Assembly: GCA_010015805.1 (NCBI GenBank)
Contig: ML978121.1
Coordinates: 3,534,001-3,598,000, forward strand
DNA: 64,000 nt
Direction: 5' to 3'
Source: Rhizodiscina lignyota
Lineage: Eukaryota
Shown here piece after piece: positions 1-11,632 of the stretch. The position numbers were made by a program, and so were the translations under genes. The number at the start of each line of letters is the position of its first letter. Within the stretch, counting starts at the first letter, position 1. The notes below the pieces were generated by a model, which was given only the letters and a program-made list of their open reading frames with translations, searched no databases and was not told where the DNA came from.

Positions 1-38
1 ACTTCTTAGTAAGGCCGGATAATCTTCGATTCGCATTC

Positions 39-704
39 TTACTCACCAAAATCATGCCAAATATCCTGCTCTTCAATCCCAATTCGACTCTCCGAAAGCT
101 GGTTCTCTGGATTGTAGAACATCCAGCAAACACCCCACAGTACCACCAACGCCGGCCAAATCGTCCAGGGCATTGTTGTACATGGTGGTCGTATTTGCCC
201 AGGAAATGTACCCAATGCTCTGAAACAGGAGATACCATAGTGCATAATTAGCAGAAAAAGAGTCTCGATATATCTAAAGATCACTTCGAGCTCATGGGTG
301 CCTTCATGCTCCTCCACATACAGTTTCAGGTCGGTGTCCAAGAGCATGAAATTGAGGTCATTGAAAATGATATTGGCGCATGCGAAAACATGTCCGACAA
401 GCGAATGACCGATTGGTGGCCAGGTAAGGAGCTTGCGTATTCGAAGGTCAACTCGGAGGTTGTCCAAACGAACCTGTGCTTCTCTCAAATGCGAAAAAGT
501 TGGGCTCATCGAAAGGCTGGGAAGGTCCTTTATATAGTCCTGCATCGTCTTGATTTCCGGGATAGCGATCTGTTCGCTTTCAAGAAAATCTTTCAAGAAG
601 CTGTAGAAGATAATATCTTGCCGCGATTTCGATAGAACCTGGACTATCGATGGATAGACGACCGATCGCACATTCGGCACGTATTGGAAAAGGGTTGAAG
701 CCAT
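39..704 (-). CDS. Hypothetical protein, probably partial (continues past an intron toward or beyond the left window edge)
   Basis: 221-aa ATG ORF with a hydrophobic segment near its end (MPWTIWPALVVLWGVCWMFY). It ends at a GTGAGT donor-like site near position 46. Family not recognised. Confidence 0.45.
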   Translation of the reverse strand: MASTLFQYVPNVRSVVYPSIVQVLSKSRQDIIFYSFLKDFLESEQIAIPEIKTMQDYIKDLPSLSMSPTFSHLREAQVRLDNLRVDLRIRKLLTWPPIGHSLVGHVFACANIIFNDLNFMLLDTDLKLYVEEHEGTHELEVIFRYIETLFLLIMHYGISCFRALGTFPGQIRPPCTTMPWTIWPALVVLWGVCWMFYNPENQLSESRIGIEEQDIWHDFGE

Positions 705-1268
705 TTGTAGAAGGGCATTTGAAATGATGGAAGGATAAAGCTGCTATAATATCCCCAGGAACGATTCGGAATGGCGACTTATATGTATTTTTGGCCAACC
801 CCTCACTAGCACGCCGCCCTGTTTTTGAGGCAACTTCTTCGTGATGAACGTAACAAAATATACGGGAGGTTAATTGGAACTGAGCAACTGAAGAAGATTT
901 TTTGTGAAGGAAATTCAATGGGCATGGTTTATAATGTCTCGTCATACTTATCTTGATCAAATCATCAACAGGCATCGGTAGCTTGTGAGGCTGAATCCGG
1001 TTACAGAGATTTTTGCGCACGAAGCCCAAACAGGGCAAATACGCCTTAACTGTGGCGACAGCCTTGTTTGTAAGGCAAAGAATACCGCGACAAGGTGATA
1101 ATGTAGTTTCACTCATTTCAGCTCTGCGCCTTACGGCAACGAAGGCGAAAGTTTCGAGCCTTGCGAAGAAATTGGGCAAATTGAATACCTCTAAATGGAT
1201 CGCAGTGGCTTATGGGAAGACTTGACTTGCACCTCGATCACTGATCGGCGGTCTAAGGGGGCTTTTTT

Positions 1269-2337
1269 CTAGCACACGTCCTCAACCTCTCCTTCGCCCT
1301 CCCTCGGTCCCAAGTCCGATCTCAGCGTTCTGTTGAACAGCTCCAGCAACATGCTGAAACAGATCTCTGCTACTGGTGGATCATATCTCCCCTTGGATGC
1401 CTCATCCCGAATGAAAGCATCTGTGTAGCACGTTAGCGAGCCGCATTATGAACATTGGCGGAGAAATTTTACGCTGTGTCCACGTTGCTTCGTAGAGGCT
1501 GTACAACACACCCGCGTCAGTCAACGTCTTGCGAATGAGGTCACGTCCTTCCGGCGGGATGTGCGTGTCCCTCTTGCCGAATATCTACATCTCGTCAGTG
1601 GACAAGTGATTACATTTCATACAACGAGGACAGGCGAGTGCACGAGCATACCATACAGAGCTCTCCCTTGATCTCGCCCGCGCGATCAAGAGAGTCGTCT
1701 TTCATGCCCTCGCCAAGCGCGTGCTTGTGCAAATCAGTCGCGAAATAGCACACCGCAGCAGAGACGCGCTTGTCCAGCGCAGCGCGGTACGCCAGATGGC
1801 CACCGAGACACATGCCGGTCGCGCCAATACGGCCAGTGCAGTTCGGAAGAGACAGCAGCAGGTCAACTGCAAGCTTCGAGTCTTCATCGTAAGCGGAGAC
1901 CTTCTTGGCGATCTTTAATTCGTTGCCTTTGTCAGTTCCGGGGCCATCGTACGGCAGCGGATCTGGGCCGATGAACTCATGGTACGAAGATGGAGCCGCG
2001 ACGACGTAGCCTTGACCGCAGATTTGGCGGGCGAAGCGGGCCACTGGGCCGGTGACTTTGTTCTCTGTTAGTAGGGAGCGAGATATTCCATTAGACGAGA
2101 TGGACGTGTTGTGCTGGAAGGACAACAGAAAGCAGAACGAAGGCTCGAGACTTCTTGTGCGCAGATTGTGGTCAACCGCGGCAATTAAAATGACTTGCCT
2201 TGGTAAATCTCTGAAAACACAACTACTCCAGGGAATTTCGCTTTTGGATAGCCGGGAATGTTTGGCTTGAAGAGGAAAATCCTCATGTCACCACCTGACG
2301 TCGTGGATACATCCTGATGAGATTCGTCGATGAGCAT
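1269..2337 (-). CDS. Dienelactone hydrolase family (carboxymethylenebutenolidase-like alpha/beta hydrolase), multi-exon
   Basis: Spliced reading MLIDESHQDV...FPGVVVFSEIYQ/VTGPVARFARQICGQGY...IGATGMCLGG (nucleophile motif)...IFGKRDTH...AFIRDEASKGRYDP...EDVC*. ATG at 2337, stop at 1269. Confidence 0.9.
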
Positions 2338-2726
2338 TGTGGCACAATTTCAAGAACAAAAGAACTACGTTCAATTGATCTTTGAGAGAACGGGAATTCA
2401 ATATTTCAATTGAGGTTTCAGAAAAGTGGTCTGACTTTTACTAGCTGAGTAACTCGGTTACTAAAAAGTTGGAGCTGTTTCAAAGTGGACGTTGTTTTGC
2501 CGTTAAAGCGGCGAGATACGTAGATCAATACTCCATACCATAATATCAGCTCATTCGCATGCTTAATTTGAGAACAAACGTCATCATACAATCTACAGAT
2601 TAATGTGTTTGAAGTTCTTCCATACGACCTTCATTCTGACAATGATGATCTTCTGCTGATAAGCTTGATTCAGTCAACGCAATATATCGACGCCACAAAG
2701 CCACTCAAGCCACATTTGAATCCACC

Positions 2727-3476
2727 TCAGAGACCTACAAGCCCACGATCTTCATCAATACAATTGTTCACCCGACCCGTTGGATGTCTAATTAAATTTC
2801 CAGTTCCACTATACATCATCTGCTTCACCCATTCAGTGCCGTCATCCCACCAACCATGCCGCTCCGGCCTCACCCCCTCCTGCTCCAAACTTTCCTGATC
2901 TAACGTCCCCAGGGCAATGTCGACGACTGGGCCCAACGTCCAGCTTGGGGGTCGAGCGCCTGAATAGAAGTATGTCAAGCCCGTCCCACAACGGCCGCAG
3001 AAGGTGCGCTCAGCGTTGTCGCTCCCGCAATAATGTGAGATGTACGTTGACCGCTGCAGTTCCTTGGATGGATGAACGACTGAGGTCGTCTCATAGGCTT
3101 TCAATTGATCGTCCTCAGCTCCTGTAGTTGGCGATGTGCTCTGTTCTCGTGGGAGAAGTTTGAACTCGACCCAATCCGTCGAGCAAATGAGCCAGCACTG
3201 TAGAAGCGAGCCGCAGGCACGGCGGCAGGAATGACAATGATCCAGATCAATCAGCGGCAATCTGGTTTCCACTCTCTTTACCTCAGATTGGGAATATGTA
3301 GAGCTAGCTTCAGAATCTTTTGCCGCCCAATGTGCCGTGGATGCATGCACTGGGGTCGGCAATGACCCAGGTGCAACAGGTCGCTCTTCGAGTTTTGGAA
3401 TTGAGATCTTGTACCGAATTGCTGAACAGAAGCAGCCACCACTAAGTGTCAGCGGTCCTTTTGGGAGGAACGCCAT
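2727..3476 (-). CDS. GFA / Mss4-like (CENP-V) zinc-binding protein
   Basis: Motifs LSGGCFCSAIRY, DHCHSCRRACG and RTFCGRCGT in an intronless 249-aa ORF. Confidence 0.85.
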   Translation of the reverse strand: MAFLPKGPLTLSGGCFCSAIRYKISIPKLEERPVAPGSLPTPVHASTAHWAAKDSEASSTYSQSEVKRVETRLPLIDLDHCHSCRRACGSLLQCWLICSTDWVEFKLLPREQSTSPTTGAEDDQLKAYETTSVVHPSKELQRSTYISHYCGSDNAERTFCGRCGTGLTYFYSGARPPSWTLGPVVDIALGTLDQESLEQEGVRPERHGWWDDGTEWVKQMMYSGTGNLIRHPTGRVNNCIDEDRGLVGL

Positions 3477-5754
3477 AATGGTTAGAGGTTAGAACAAGGT
3501 AGCTCGAATACGATGGATCTTGAATTGTCGGCAAGACTCCGCCCGAGAGCACCTTATATCGTACCAACTCGACGCGTAAGGCAGACTGTTGCCTGTGTAT
3601 CACCGAATCTCGCTGATACGAAAGGAGCGGAGCCAAACCAAATTTCTGGACGGTGACCGGATTCGTCGTGATCAGAGTGTCGATCTGGACTTGGCTTCGC
3701 GGAGGGGTTCCGGTCTGCGGGATGTTGCAGGAAGTTCATCATATACAGAGGCTTAGCTGCAGTTGGCATGCCACGATTGAATGGGCTGATATAGATCTCA
3801 GGATAGCATTTGATGTTCCGAGACTAGAGAATGACATTTGCTCTCTTCGAACACTGCCATATTGTTTGATGTTCTGGCGCGTTTGGGCCCAGCGAAACTA
3901 GCGTTTTCTCGATCTCATCGTGTTATAAAGATAGTCAATACGCAGAAAGTGATGCCATATTTGAAGAATTAATTGGTAGATCTCAATACCTTTTTCAGCT
4001 CATGATAAGCGCTGTTGGTGTCCCTTTCTACTTTCGAAGAGCTGGAATTTAAAGGAAGATGGGATGAAGCCGGATATTCTCCAGTGCCAAGAGCCCCCAC
4101 GCTTGCCGCCGTGATGTCTTGGCAATTTCCTCAATGAGAAGATCGACAAAAGCACGACGCCAGATGATAGATCTGACTTGTCTAGACTGATCATATTGAA
4201 AGCGAGATAGAGGATAGATCTTCAAGCTGAAACTATATTTCTGTACGTGTGCTGTCAATAGAGTTCAAAGGGGCGTCAATTTCTGGTATCCAATGCTCCC
4301 ATTACAGGAGGATGAGATGAAGCTTGGCGCCAAGCCGTGAAATATATCGCCTTCAAGTGCCTAGCGCGTAACTTTCAAACAACAGGCCAATCGACGAAGC
4401 GCAGAGAGCCGAAGATAGACCGCTACCGCGCTTCAAGGTTCACCTGCATCGTCCGTTCTGTGGCTTTTGCACCAGCGTTTCGTTCCTCGTCCGTGCCGAG
4501 TAAGAATCCGGGAACAAGAGAGTGCCTGACCCCGGAGCATGTTGGATTTGCCTTCTGCTGAGTCTGGAACAGAGTTGCGGTTGAGCAAACGGGAAACGAG
4601 CTTGAGGCGCAGTCCTATATGTACTCCAAGGGGTAACACAAACGGTCATAATATCGATTAAGGAGCCAGAAATTGTCGAGTGAGGCTGGGTTCGAGATGA
4701 AATTGCTGATGCTATTCTTGAAAGCCACTGTGGAACTGATGGAAGCTGTTCGAACGTCGCTCAAGCCGTGCCTGGGTTAAGGTTGGCACTTGTGTGGAGG
4801 AGCGCCATCGCCAACGCCGCACAACTTTGTACGCTGCCGGGCCGAGAGGGTGATTGGATGGAAAGCAGTTGTGGATGATGACAAGCTCTGGCCGATCCGC
4901 TCCTCGGTACGGTGGCGCTCGCTATCGCTGGCAGTTGAAGGCGAGAGCGATGAGGGAGCAGCGGGCCAGAAAGCGCTCCAACCCGACGCTTCCATGCCGC
5001 GCAGAGAAAGGCACCGAGCATGGCTGTTGGCTGGGTTGTGCTGGCGTTACCGTTGGACAGGCACACGAAAAGGGGAGCTGGCTCGTCACTGGGTCAGACA
5101 GCGCAGGCGGCATCCATGCGCAGCACCACGGCACACGCTTTTCTCCCGGTCATCCCGCGAAGAGACTCCGCTTTTGATCCGCTTTCTGCCCACTCGCCTC
5201 TCGTCTCGCTGCCCTGCAGAGACCTCACCCTCTCTTCACCTCTTCCCTTCGCACACCTGCCAGCAGCCACTCAAGCGAAGGGCAATGGCAATTGCAGACG
5301 CGCTCGTCTGAAACAATTCCGCAATTTCTCTAGTGCTCGCGGCGGCGTGTTTGTTGTTTCTTTGATAAAATTGACGCGCCTGCCTCGTCATTCCAGAGCT
5401 GCGCCGCCAGGAGGCCCGAGCACGCCTCAACTCGCATTCACGGCATCATCACCTCCGCATCTCACGCCTGGCTGCCAACTTCTCAACGCCTTGCTCGGTG
5501 AGTTCTTCGACTCCCAATCACGCATTGTGCACATCCTCCATTCTTAATTTGCTCTTCCTGGATATTGTCTAATCACTTTGCTACAAGCGTTTCGAAACAT
5601 CCCCCAAATTCTAGCCCTATAGCCAGTCGACTGTTCCTGCAGCTTCCTGACAGCCCGTCATAGGCCGGATATTTCTACTACATGACCAGCGCACGCCAAA
5701 CATAAGACCAAACCTCAAAACACGCTTGCCGGTCTCCATCGGCCGCCATCTGAC

Positions 5755-7779
5755 ATGGCAACCGTTGCAGCTGCCCGTAGCCCGCTGGCACTGTATCGGG
5801 CGGAGTCCGAAGGCATGAATACTATACCTGACCCTCGGTCACCAAGTCCAGCGTCGGTCTACTCTCGCAGCTCTTCTCATTCTCCTGCATCTGCAGAGCA
5901 CCATCCAGACCTGAGCAACGAAGTCGCAGCGCTTTCTACGAAGCTAATCAATGCTATCAACCACCAAACCACACTCGATGACGCGCTTCAGGAGACCCGG
6001 CACGAGCTGGACGCTGCTCGGGAGCGGATCGCACAGCTGGAGAAGGCAGCGCGGGAACATTCAGAGTTGATCAGCCAGGGTTTGCTGGTGAAGAAGGAAG
6101 AGGTAGATCGAAAAGAAGGCAGATGGCGGAATGATCTCAATCAGGAGATACAGAAGCGCGAGATTGCCGAGAGGGACAAGAGACGAATGGAGGGTGAGCT
6201 GGAGAACTTGACCGCGAATTTGTTCGAGGAGGCAAATACCATGGTTTCCAATGCCCGCAAAGAGACAGAATCGTCAAATCACCGAATTTCGCAGCTCCAG
6301 AACCAACTCCGCGACACCGAGACGTTACTATCGTCACAGCAGGAGCAACTTCAAGGCTTAAAAGAGGTCATGCAGTCCATGTCCGATCGCGATGAGAACG
6401 AAATTGCAACGCACATGTCCTCTGCTCCCTCAACTCCAGGTCTCAAATCTTCCAGCACGATGAGAAGCATGTTCGATGCGGCAAATCTTACTCCTGTAAC
6501 TCCAGGCTTCGGCGACGAGATCCCACCTCAACACCCCCTCTTTTTCACCCAACTTCTCACGCCCGTCCTACGCTCCGATCTCCCCGCCTTCGAAGACTTC
6601 CAAACCCTCCTCCGCACCTCCAAAAACGTCCCCACCACCACCTCGCGCGTCAACAGCGGCACCTTCTCTGGCCTGAACGCCATGTCCATCGGCCTCGGCT
6701 CAGGCCACCTCTCACACGCGTACTCCCGCTCTTCACCTGCCGCTCCTACACCACCTGATACACCAAATATGAGCGCTTCAGCAGGTTCGGCGGGTTCACC
6801 ACGCGATTCCCTCAACCTGAACGCCCCGCAGCTCCCACCGCTGAAAGAATCGAAATACTTCAAGCGCTGCCTACCCGAGGACATCGAGCCCACTTTGCGA
6901 CTGGACATTGCACCAGGTCTCTCGTGGCTCGCGAAGCGCTCCGTATTGCAGAGCATCGTCACAGGCAGTCTAGCCATCGAACCTCTCGCTCCAGCTGCGT
7001 CGAAGAACTACGGTCCTATCTACGCGTGCTCTTTATGCGGCGAGAACAGGAAAAACGCGGCGTACCAACGGAGACATCAATTCCGCATTCAGGAGGACGA
7101 TCCCGATGCAGTTGCAAGCGGAGGAGCGAAAGCCAAAGCACAAAGGTGGCCTCTGTGTGAATGGTGCCTTGGGCGTATAAGGAGCGTGTGCGACTTCGTC
7201 GGATTCCTCCGCATGTGCCAAGCCGGCGTTTGGCGCGCCGATGTCCCGGAGAAGGAGAGGGAAGCCTGGGAGGAAGGTGTTCGATTACGGGAGAAGATGT
7301 TCTGGTGCCGAGTTGGCGGAGGTGTGATTCCGAGTTTTGTCACAAAGAGTCCAACGATGGAGGATTCGAGGCGGGAGAGTGATGAGAGCGATGAGAGCGC
7401 GAGGAAGAGTCTGAAGGGGAAGGAGGAGGATCCATTTAAGACGAAGGGGGAAAGCGAGAAGAGAGTCAGCATTGGGAAGACGATTATTGAGAGACCGGGG
7501 AGTCAGATGAAGGAGGTTAAGAGGAAGGATTCGGGGGCTGTGACATCGCCAGTCTCGGGCGAGGCTGAGAAGGTTCACGAGGCCTCTGTTCAAACAGAAG
7601 ATTCAGTGTCAACGAACGGACAGCTGGACGGAGCATCGAGTCCCGAGTCTAAGACGGAGTCTTTGCAAGCCTCGAGCGCCGCAGAACCCACGGAACCGGC
7701 GGCGATTGATGAGAAGAGAGACAGCAAGGCGAAAGATTTGCGGCTGTCCATTACCATACCAGGCTCGTTCGAGTCATAA
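5755..7779 (+). CDS. SEC2: Rab GDP/GTP exchange factor Sec2-like
   Basis: Coiled coil with Sec2p motif EGELENLTANLFEEANTMV, DIEPTLRLDIAPGLSWL, and a C-terminal CSLCGE...LCEWCLGRIRSVCDF zinc-type motif. Confidence 0.88.
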   Translation: MATVAAARSPLALYRAESEGMNTIPDPRSPSPASVYSRSSSHSPASAEHHPDLSNEVAALSTKLINAINHQTTLDDALQETRHELDAARERIAQLEKAAREHSELISQGLLVKKEEVDRKEGRWRNDLNQEIQKREIAERDKRRMEGELENLTANLFEEANTMVSNARKETESSNHRISQLQNQLRDTETLLSSQQEQLQGLKEVMQSMSDRDENEIATHMSSAPSTPGLKSSSTMRSMFDAANLTPVTPGFGDEIPPQHPLFFTQLLTPVLRSDLPAFEDFQTLLRTSKNVPTTTSRVNSGTFSGLNAMSIGLGSGHLSHAYSRSSPAAPTPPDTPNMSASAGSAGSPRDSLNLNAPQLPPLKESKYFKRCLPEDIEPTLRLDIAPGLSWLAKRSVLQSIVTGSLAIEPLAPAASKNYGPIYACSLCGENRKNAAYQRRHQFRIQEDDPDAVASGGAKAKAQRWPLCEWCLGRIRSVCDFVGFLRMCQAGVWRADVPEKEREAWEEGVRLREKMFWCRVGGGVIPSFVTKSPTMEDSRRESDESDESARKSLKGKEEDPFKTKGESEKRVSIGKTIIERPGSQMKEVKRKDSGAVTSPVSGEAEKVHEASVQTEDSVSTNGQLDGASSPESKTESLQASSAAEPTEPAAIDEKRDSKAKDLRLSITIPGSFES

Positions 7780-8363
7780 TCTCTACGATCTTTGACACGA
7801 CCGAGCTAACATGTATTATATTAAAGACTTTTTGCTCCGCTGGTGGATGTATTATTAGGATACCCTGAGAATTTGTCGGCTTTTTTTCGGTCCGGGCTGG
7901 TGTTGGTCATATGGAACTCATAGCGGTATTGGTATCGGTATTTGCATTGCTTGGGAGGGATGCACAGCTTTGGCCTGGCTATGGCTATGGGATACACGAC
8001 TAGGACAGGATGCCGGGCAAGGCACACGATCATTACGCGATGCGAAGATTCAGATGGAAAAGTTGGAGGCGCCGGCGCTGGCTGCTTGTGATTAGACGAC
8101 TTCGATTCGAGCCTTCAGAAGGCATGTGTGAATTAATGAGAGGGTTGAATGATCGAGACTTAACGTTTCCATACTCGGTACCCCCGTGTTATCAAATGCT
8201 CAGTTCGTTATAAACCCCCACAATCGAAGACCAACACCTTACTCCGTAAGCATTCCCCCATACGGAGCTTTTCACCGTTCCCAAAAATTTGGCCCTTCAT
8301 CCTGGGCGAGTCTGTTATTGTCGGGAATGCCGAGAGTCCTAGATAATCTCCGAGGTAAATCGG

Positions 8364-9301
8364 TCAAATCTTCAAGCCTATTTTCATATTCCCGCCTGTT
8401 CTGCGAACACTTTCTAACACTCGAATGAGAAGCTCACGTTTGGAGCAGGAGTAGTCAACATCAATGTCGCCTCCGTCCTTGACAAGGCCAAGGATTGCAT
8501 AGATCCTATCTCTCACATCTTCACACTCTCTTTCTTCACACAGGGATAGTAAACCGATAAACGTAACGCCCTCGCTTTCACTTTCATTCGCACGCCAACC
8601 CTGTTGCCGAAGGTTTAGCCTCTTCCGGCCACATAACACGGTTAAGCTTGAGGCTAAGAGGACCTCCTGCAAAATCCACATGCGTCGCCAATACGGTCGA
8701 CTCAACAGTACCCGAATTGCGTGGAGCGCGGCTGGATGATCCAAAGCCCAATTTTCCCAACCGTTCCATGGCCAATGCCGATGGACTCTAGCGGTGGATA
8801 TAAAAGCGTCCATCGCCTCATCGCTCCGATTAGCAGCGGCACCTAGCCAAATAAGAACTTCCTGAGCCTGGTACAAACCTTAGTTTCATCGCAGCCTCAT
8901 GTTTGAAGAGCAACTCGTACCTGTGAATAAACCTCGCCCATCGTGGCAACCTGATGGTTTCTTTCATGCACATTTCCTTGATCAATACACAGGGCGTCAA
9001 TCCATAACAATGGTATGTGGCCGCTCCGAGCAATTTGACCCTGCCAAAGAAAGCACCAAAGGTTCTCGCGGATCAGAATTTTATTTTCTACATTGTCAAC
9101 TGTAATTTCTTTGGTATTCGACGCATTGCCCCAAGTATACGAGAGTGCACAGTACCGTGGCCGAGCGGAGAGTGGGAAGACATGGAATTTCAACCGGATA
9201 TCAGAACCGTCGTCTCGATTCGCGTGAATGATTTCAACGAGCCGGATACATTTGGTATCGAGACTGAGTGGAACTTGGCTGTAAATGTCATGAGACGCCA
9301 T
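8364..9301 (-). CDS. HET-domain protein (HET-6-like heterokaryon incompatibility), 2 exons
   Basis: IRLVEI, YCALSYTWG, LWIDALCIDQGNVHERNHQVATMGEVYSQ, then an intron at about 8920-8868, then AQEVLIWLG, YWRRMWILQEV, DVRDRIYAILGL and VDYS. Confidence 0.88.
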
Positions 9302-9931
9302 CCCGAATTTGACGAACGGAACCCATATCTTGCGCTGAAAGTGAAAGGACTGCAATGAGTTGAGGAGCGAGTGGCGAGTTTCAGCCTCGCGCGTCTGCCT
9401 AGAATTGATGGCAGCAAGGCTGGTTCAATGTTGACTCGACACGTTGCAGTGCATGTCTTCCAATCGCCCCTCTCTAACAAGTACTTTCCAAATTCTATCG
9501 TGAACCGTCACCTTTACAGACTATTTCTTTAGACTCGCTTCATAGTTAGCTGCCTCCGTTGTGCGTTTAATATTCGGCCTCGGACTGGATATCCCCTGAC
9601 TTGAAGGTTATTCATGAAGCCGAACAATACGTGCGGCGATGCTACCGTAAGCGTCTCGAGCAGGAATATTACAACTTGGATTTCAAGGAATTCATAAACG
9701 AGCGGTAGCGAAACGAATTCGGCAAGGTCTTGGAAACGCATCACAATCGCATCGGACATGAGATCGGCGATGTTTCGCTTGTAAAAGATAGCTTGGCTGG
9801 GAAGAGTGCGTGAGAGCGAAGACGGCAACGATCACTGTCGGCGTGAATAAGGAATCTAATTAAAACCAATTATATCTCCCACTCAATTGTATATTGAAAG
9901 CGCTCGATGACAGAATATCGTTGACATCAGC

Positions 9932-10916
9932 TCAGTACCCAAGTCTCGAAAACTCATCCTCCGTCCAATCGTAGAGCCGTTTCGCCAACTTCGGATCTTG
10001 CGAATAATTGGATCCAGCATTCTCCTTTCCGACCGGTACGTAGTACTTGCCGCTCTTCACGCCTGGGCTTGTGGCAGCCCATAACGACGTCAGGGCGCCC
10101 TGCTCTACTGATTTGAACAGAATACTGCGAGCGCCTCCGAGCACGGCCCCCAAATATCGATGATTCTTCATGAAGTCACTTTGAAGATTTGTGCTCACAA
10201 GACCTGGATGCAAGGTAACGTACGTGATGCGAGGCTCAGTATCCCGTTTTGCCAGCTCCCTGATATGCAAGATGTTGGCCAGCTTCGATTGGCCGTATCG
10301 CGTAAAGGTCATAGTAGACTCCATCGTCGTTTTCAAGGCTCCATCAAAGACTATACCACCTTTCGGGGCCTGTGCGTGTGCGTCGGAAGTTAAGGCGACG
10401 ACTCGGACGTCTGTGCCAGGCATTGCGGCAGTCTTTTTCAGGAGAGGCATGAGATTTCTGACAAGGAGAGCGTGACCCATATAATTGGTGCCAAATTGGA
10501 TCTCGTATCCGTCTTTAGTCAAGCCTGCTGCCGTTGCCATTATACCAGCATTGTTGACAAGAACGTCCAGCCTTTGCGAAGTTGACTTAACCGTCTCCGC
10601 GGCATCATACACCGACTTCAGGGAGGAGAGATCCAGAGGCAGGAACGTAATGCTAGCATTTGGAACAGCCTTTTTCAGATCTGCGATCGCATCTTCGCCT
10701 TTCTTCTGGTCTCTGGCGGCGAGGAAGATGTTTTGCGGGTTGTGCTTCGCGAGCTGGAGGACGGTTTCCTTGCCTATGCCGGAGTTACCTGTATTTTTGA
10801 GTATAGCTCAGCTTATAGATCTCGACAGTCAGATGTTAATTGACAGTCAACATACCACCAGTGACAAGATACACCTTGCCGCTGAGATCAGGAATGTCTT
10901 TATTGGGAGTAAACAT
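9932..10916 (-). CDS. Short-chain dehydrogenase/reductase (retinol dehydrogenase/WWOX-like), 2 exons
   Basis: MFTPNKDIPDLSGKVYLVTG/GNSGIG Rossmann motif across an intron, LVNNAGIM, FGTNYMGH and catalytic YGQSK. Confidence 0.92.
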
Positions 10917-11632
10917 ATTTCTGAACAATGGAATGAGAATGATCAAGATGAACTCGACAACCAAAAGCTCTCAAGCAGCCTATAATTACCCACAGTGGTA
11001 ATAAGGGACTCAGGAGCGATTGGAAGCACCGGACGATAGGTACCATCATTAAGTCCGACGACCGCTCATGCCCGCTTGAATACCGTGAATTCCACGTCAT
11101 TGGCTTCTGCCTACAATTGAATGCACACATACTGGTTTGAAGAGAGCAAATACGTTGTGGCTGTCTACCTACTGGGTGCTATGAGATAGAGATGGAGTCG
11201 CGGTGGATCGGCCTGGACGCGTCCGGAGTAATAGTCGCGTTGCACTAGTCCGAAACAGGTAAAGGGGGAATGTGGAGCCCTCGTACCTCAACCAACAAGT
11301 CAGTGCGATCACTGCTATGTTAGATAACAAAGTACTTGGTCGACTTCGTCCATTAATGTGCCTGCTTTTTATGCAATCGAACGTGTTGCAAGCCGCTAAA
11401 ATTTGTATTTACTAATTTAGATTCTGTGGCTAGGTCGGTTTTGCGCCCATGCGCTCGTAGTCGTTCGCCTCGCCGCCTGCACTGACCGGTTAGGCCAGCC
11501 TTACTGAAATTCCAAAATGCTCTTCGAACTGATTCCACTTCTCACCACTTCTCATCATCGATTCTAAACTCGTAGTTGTTTCAAGCACCCTAGACTCTAC
11601 TATTTATTCGAAACACCGAACATGTGTGAATA

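Noticed and set aside
580..1179. 199-aa minus-strand ORF with a TTG start
   Set aside because: Non-ATG start, no motif, and it overlaps the upstream region of the 39-704 ORF. Not supportable as a gene.
4761..5547. Several overlapping GC-rich ORFs of 100-175 aa upstream of SEC2
   Set aside because: They have no recognisable domains and occur in conflicting frames. The region looks like SEC2 promoter/5'-UTR with a probable intron (GTGAGT near 5498).
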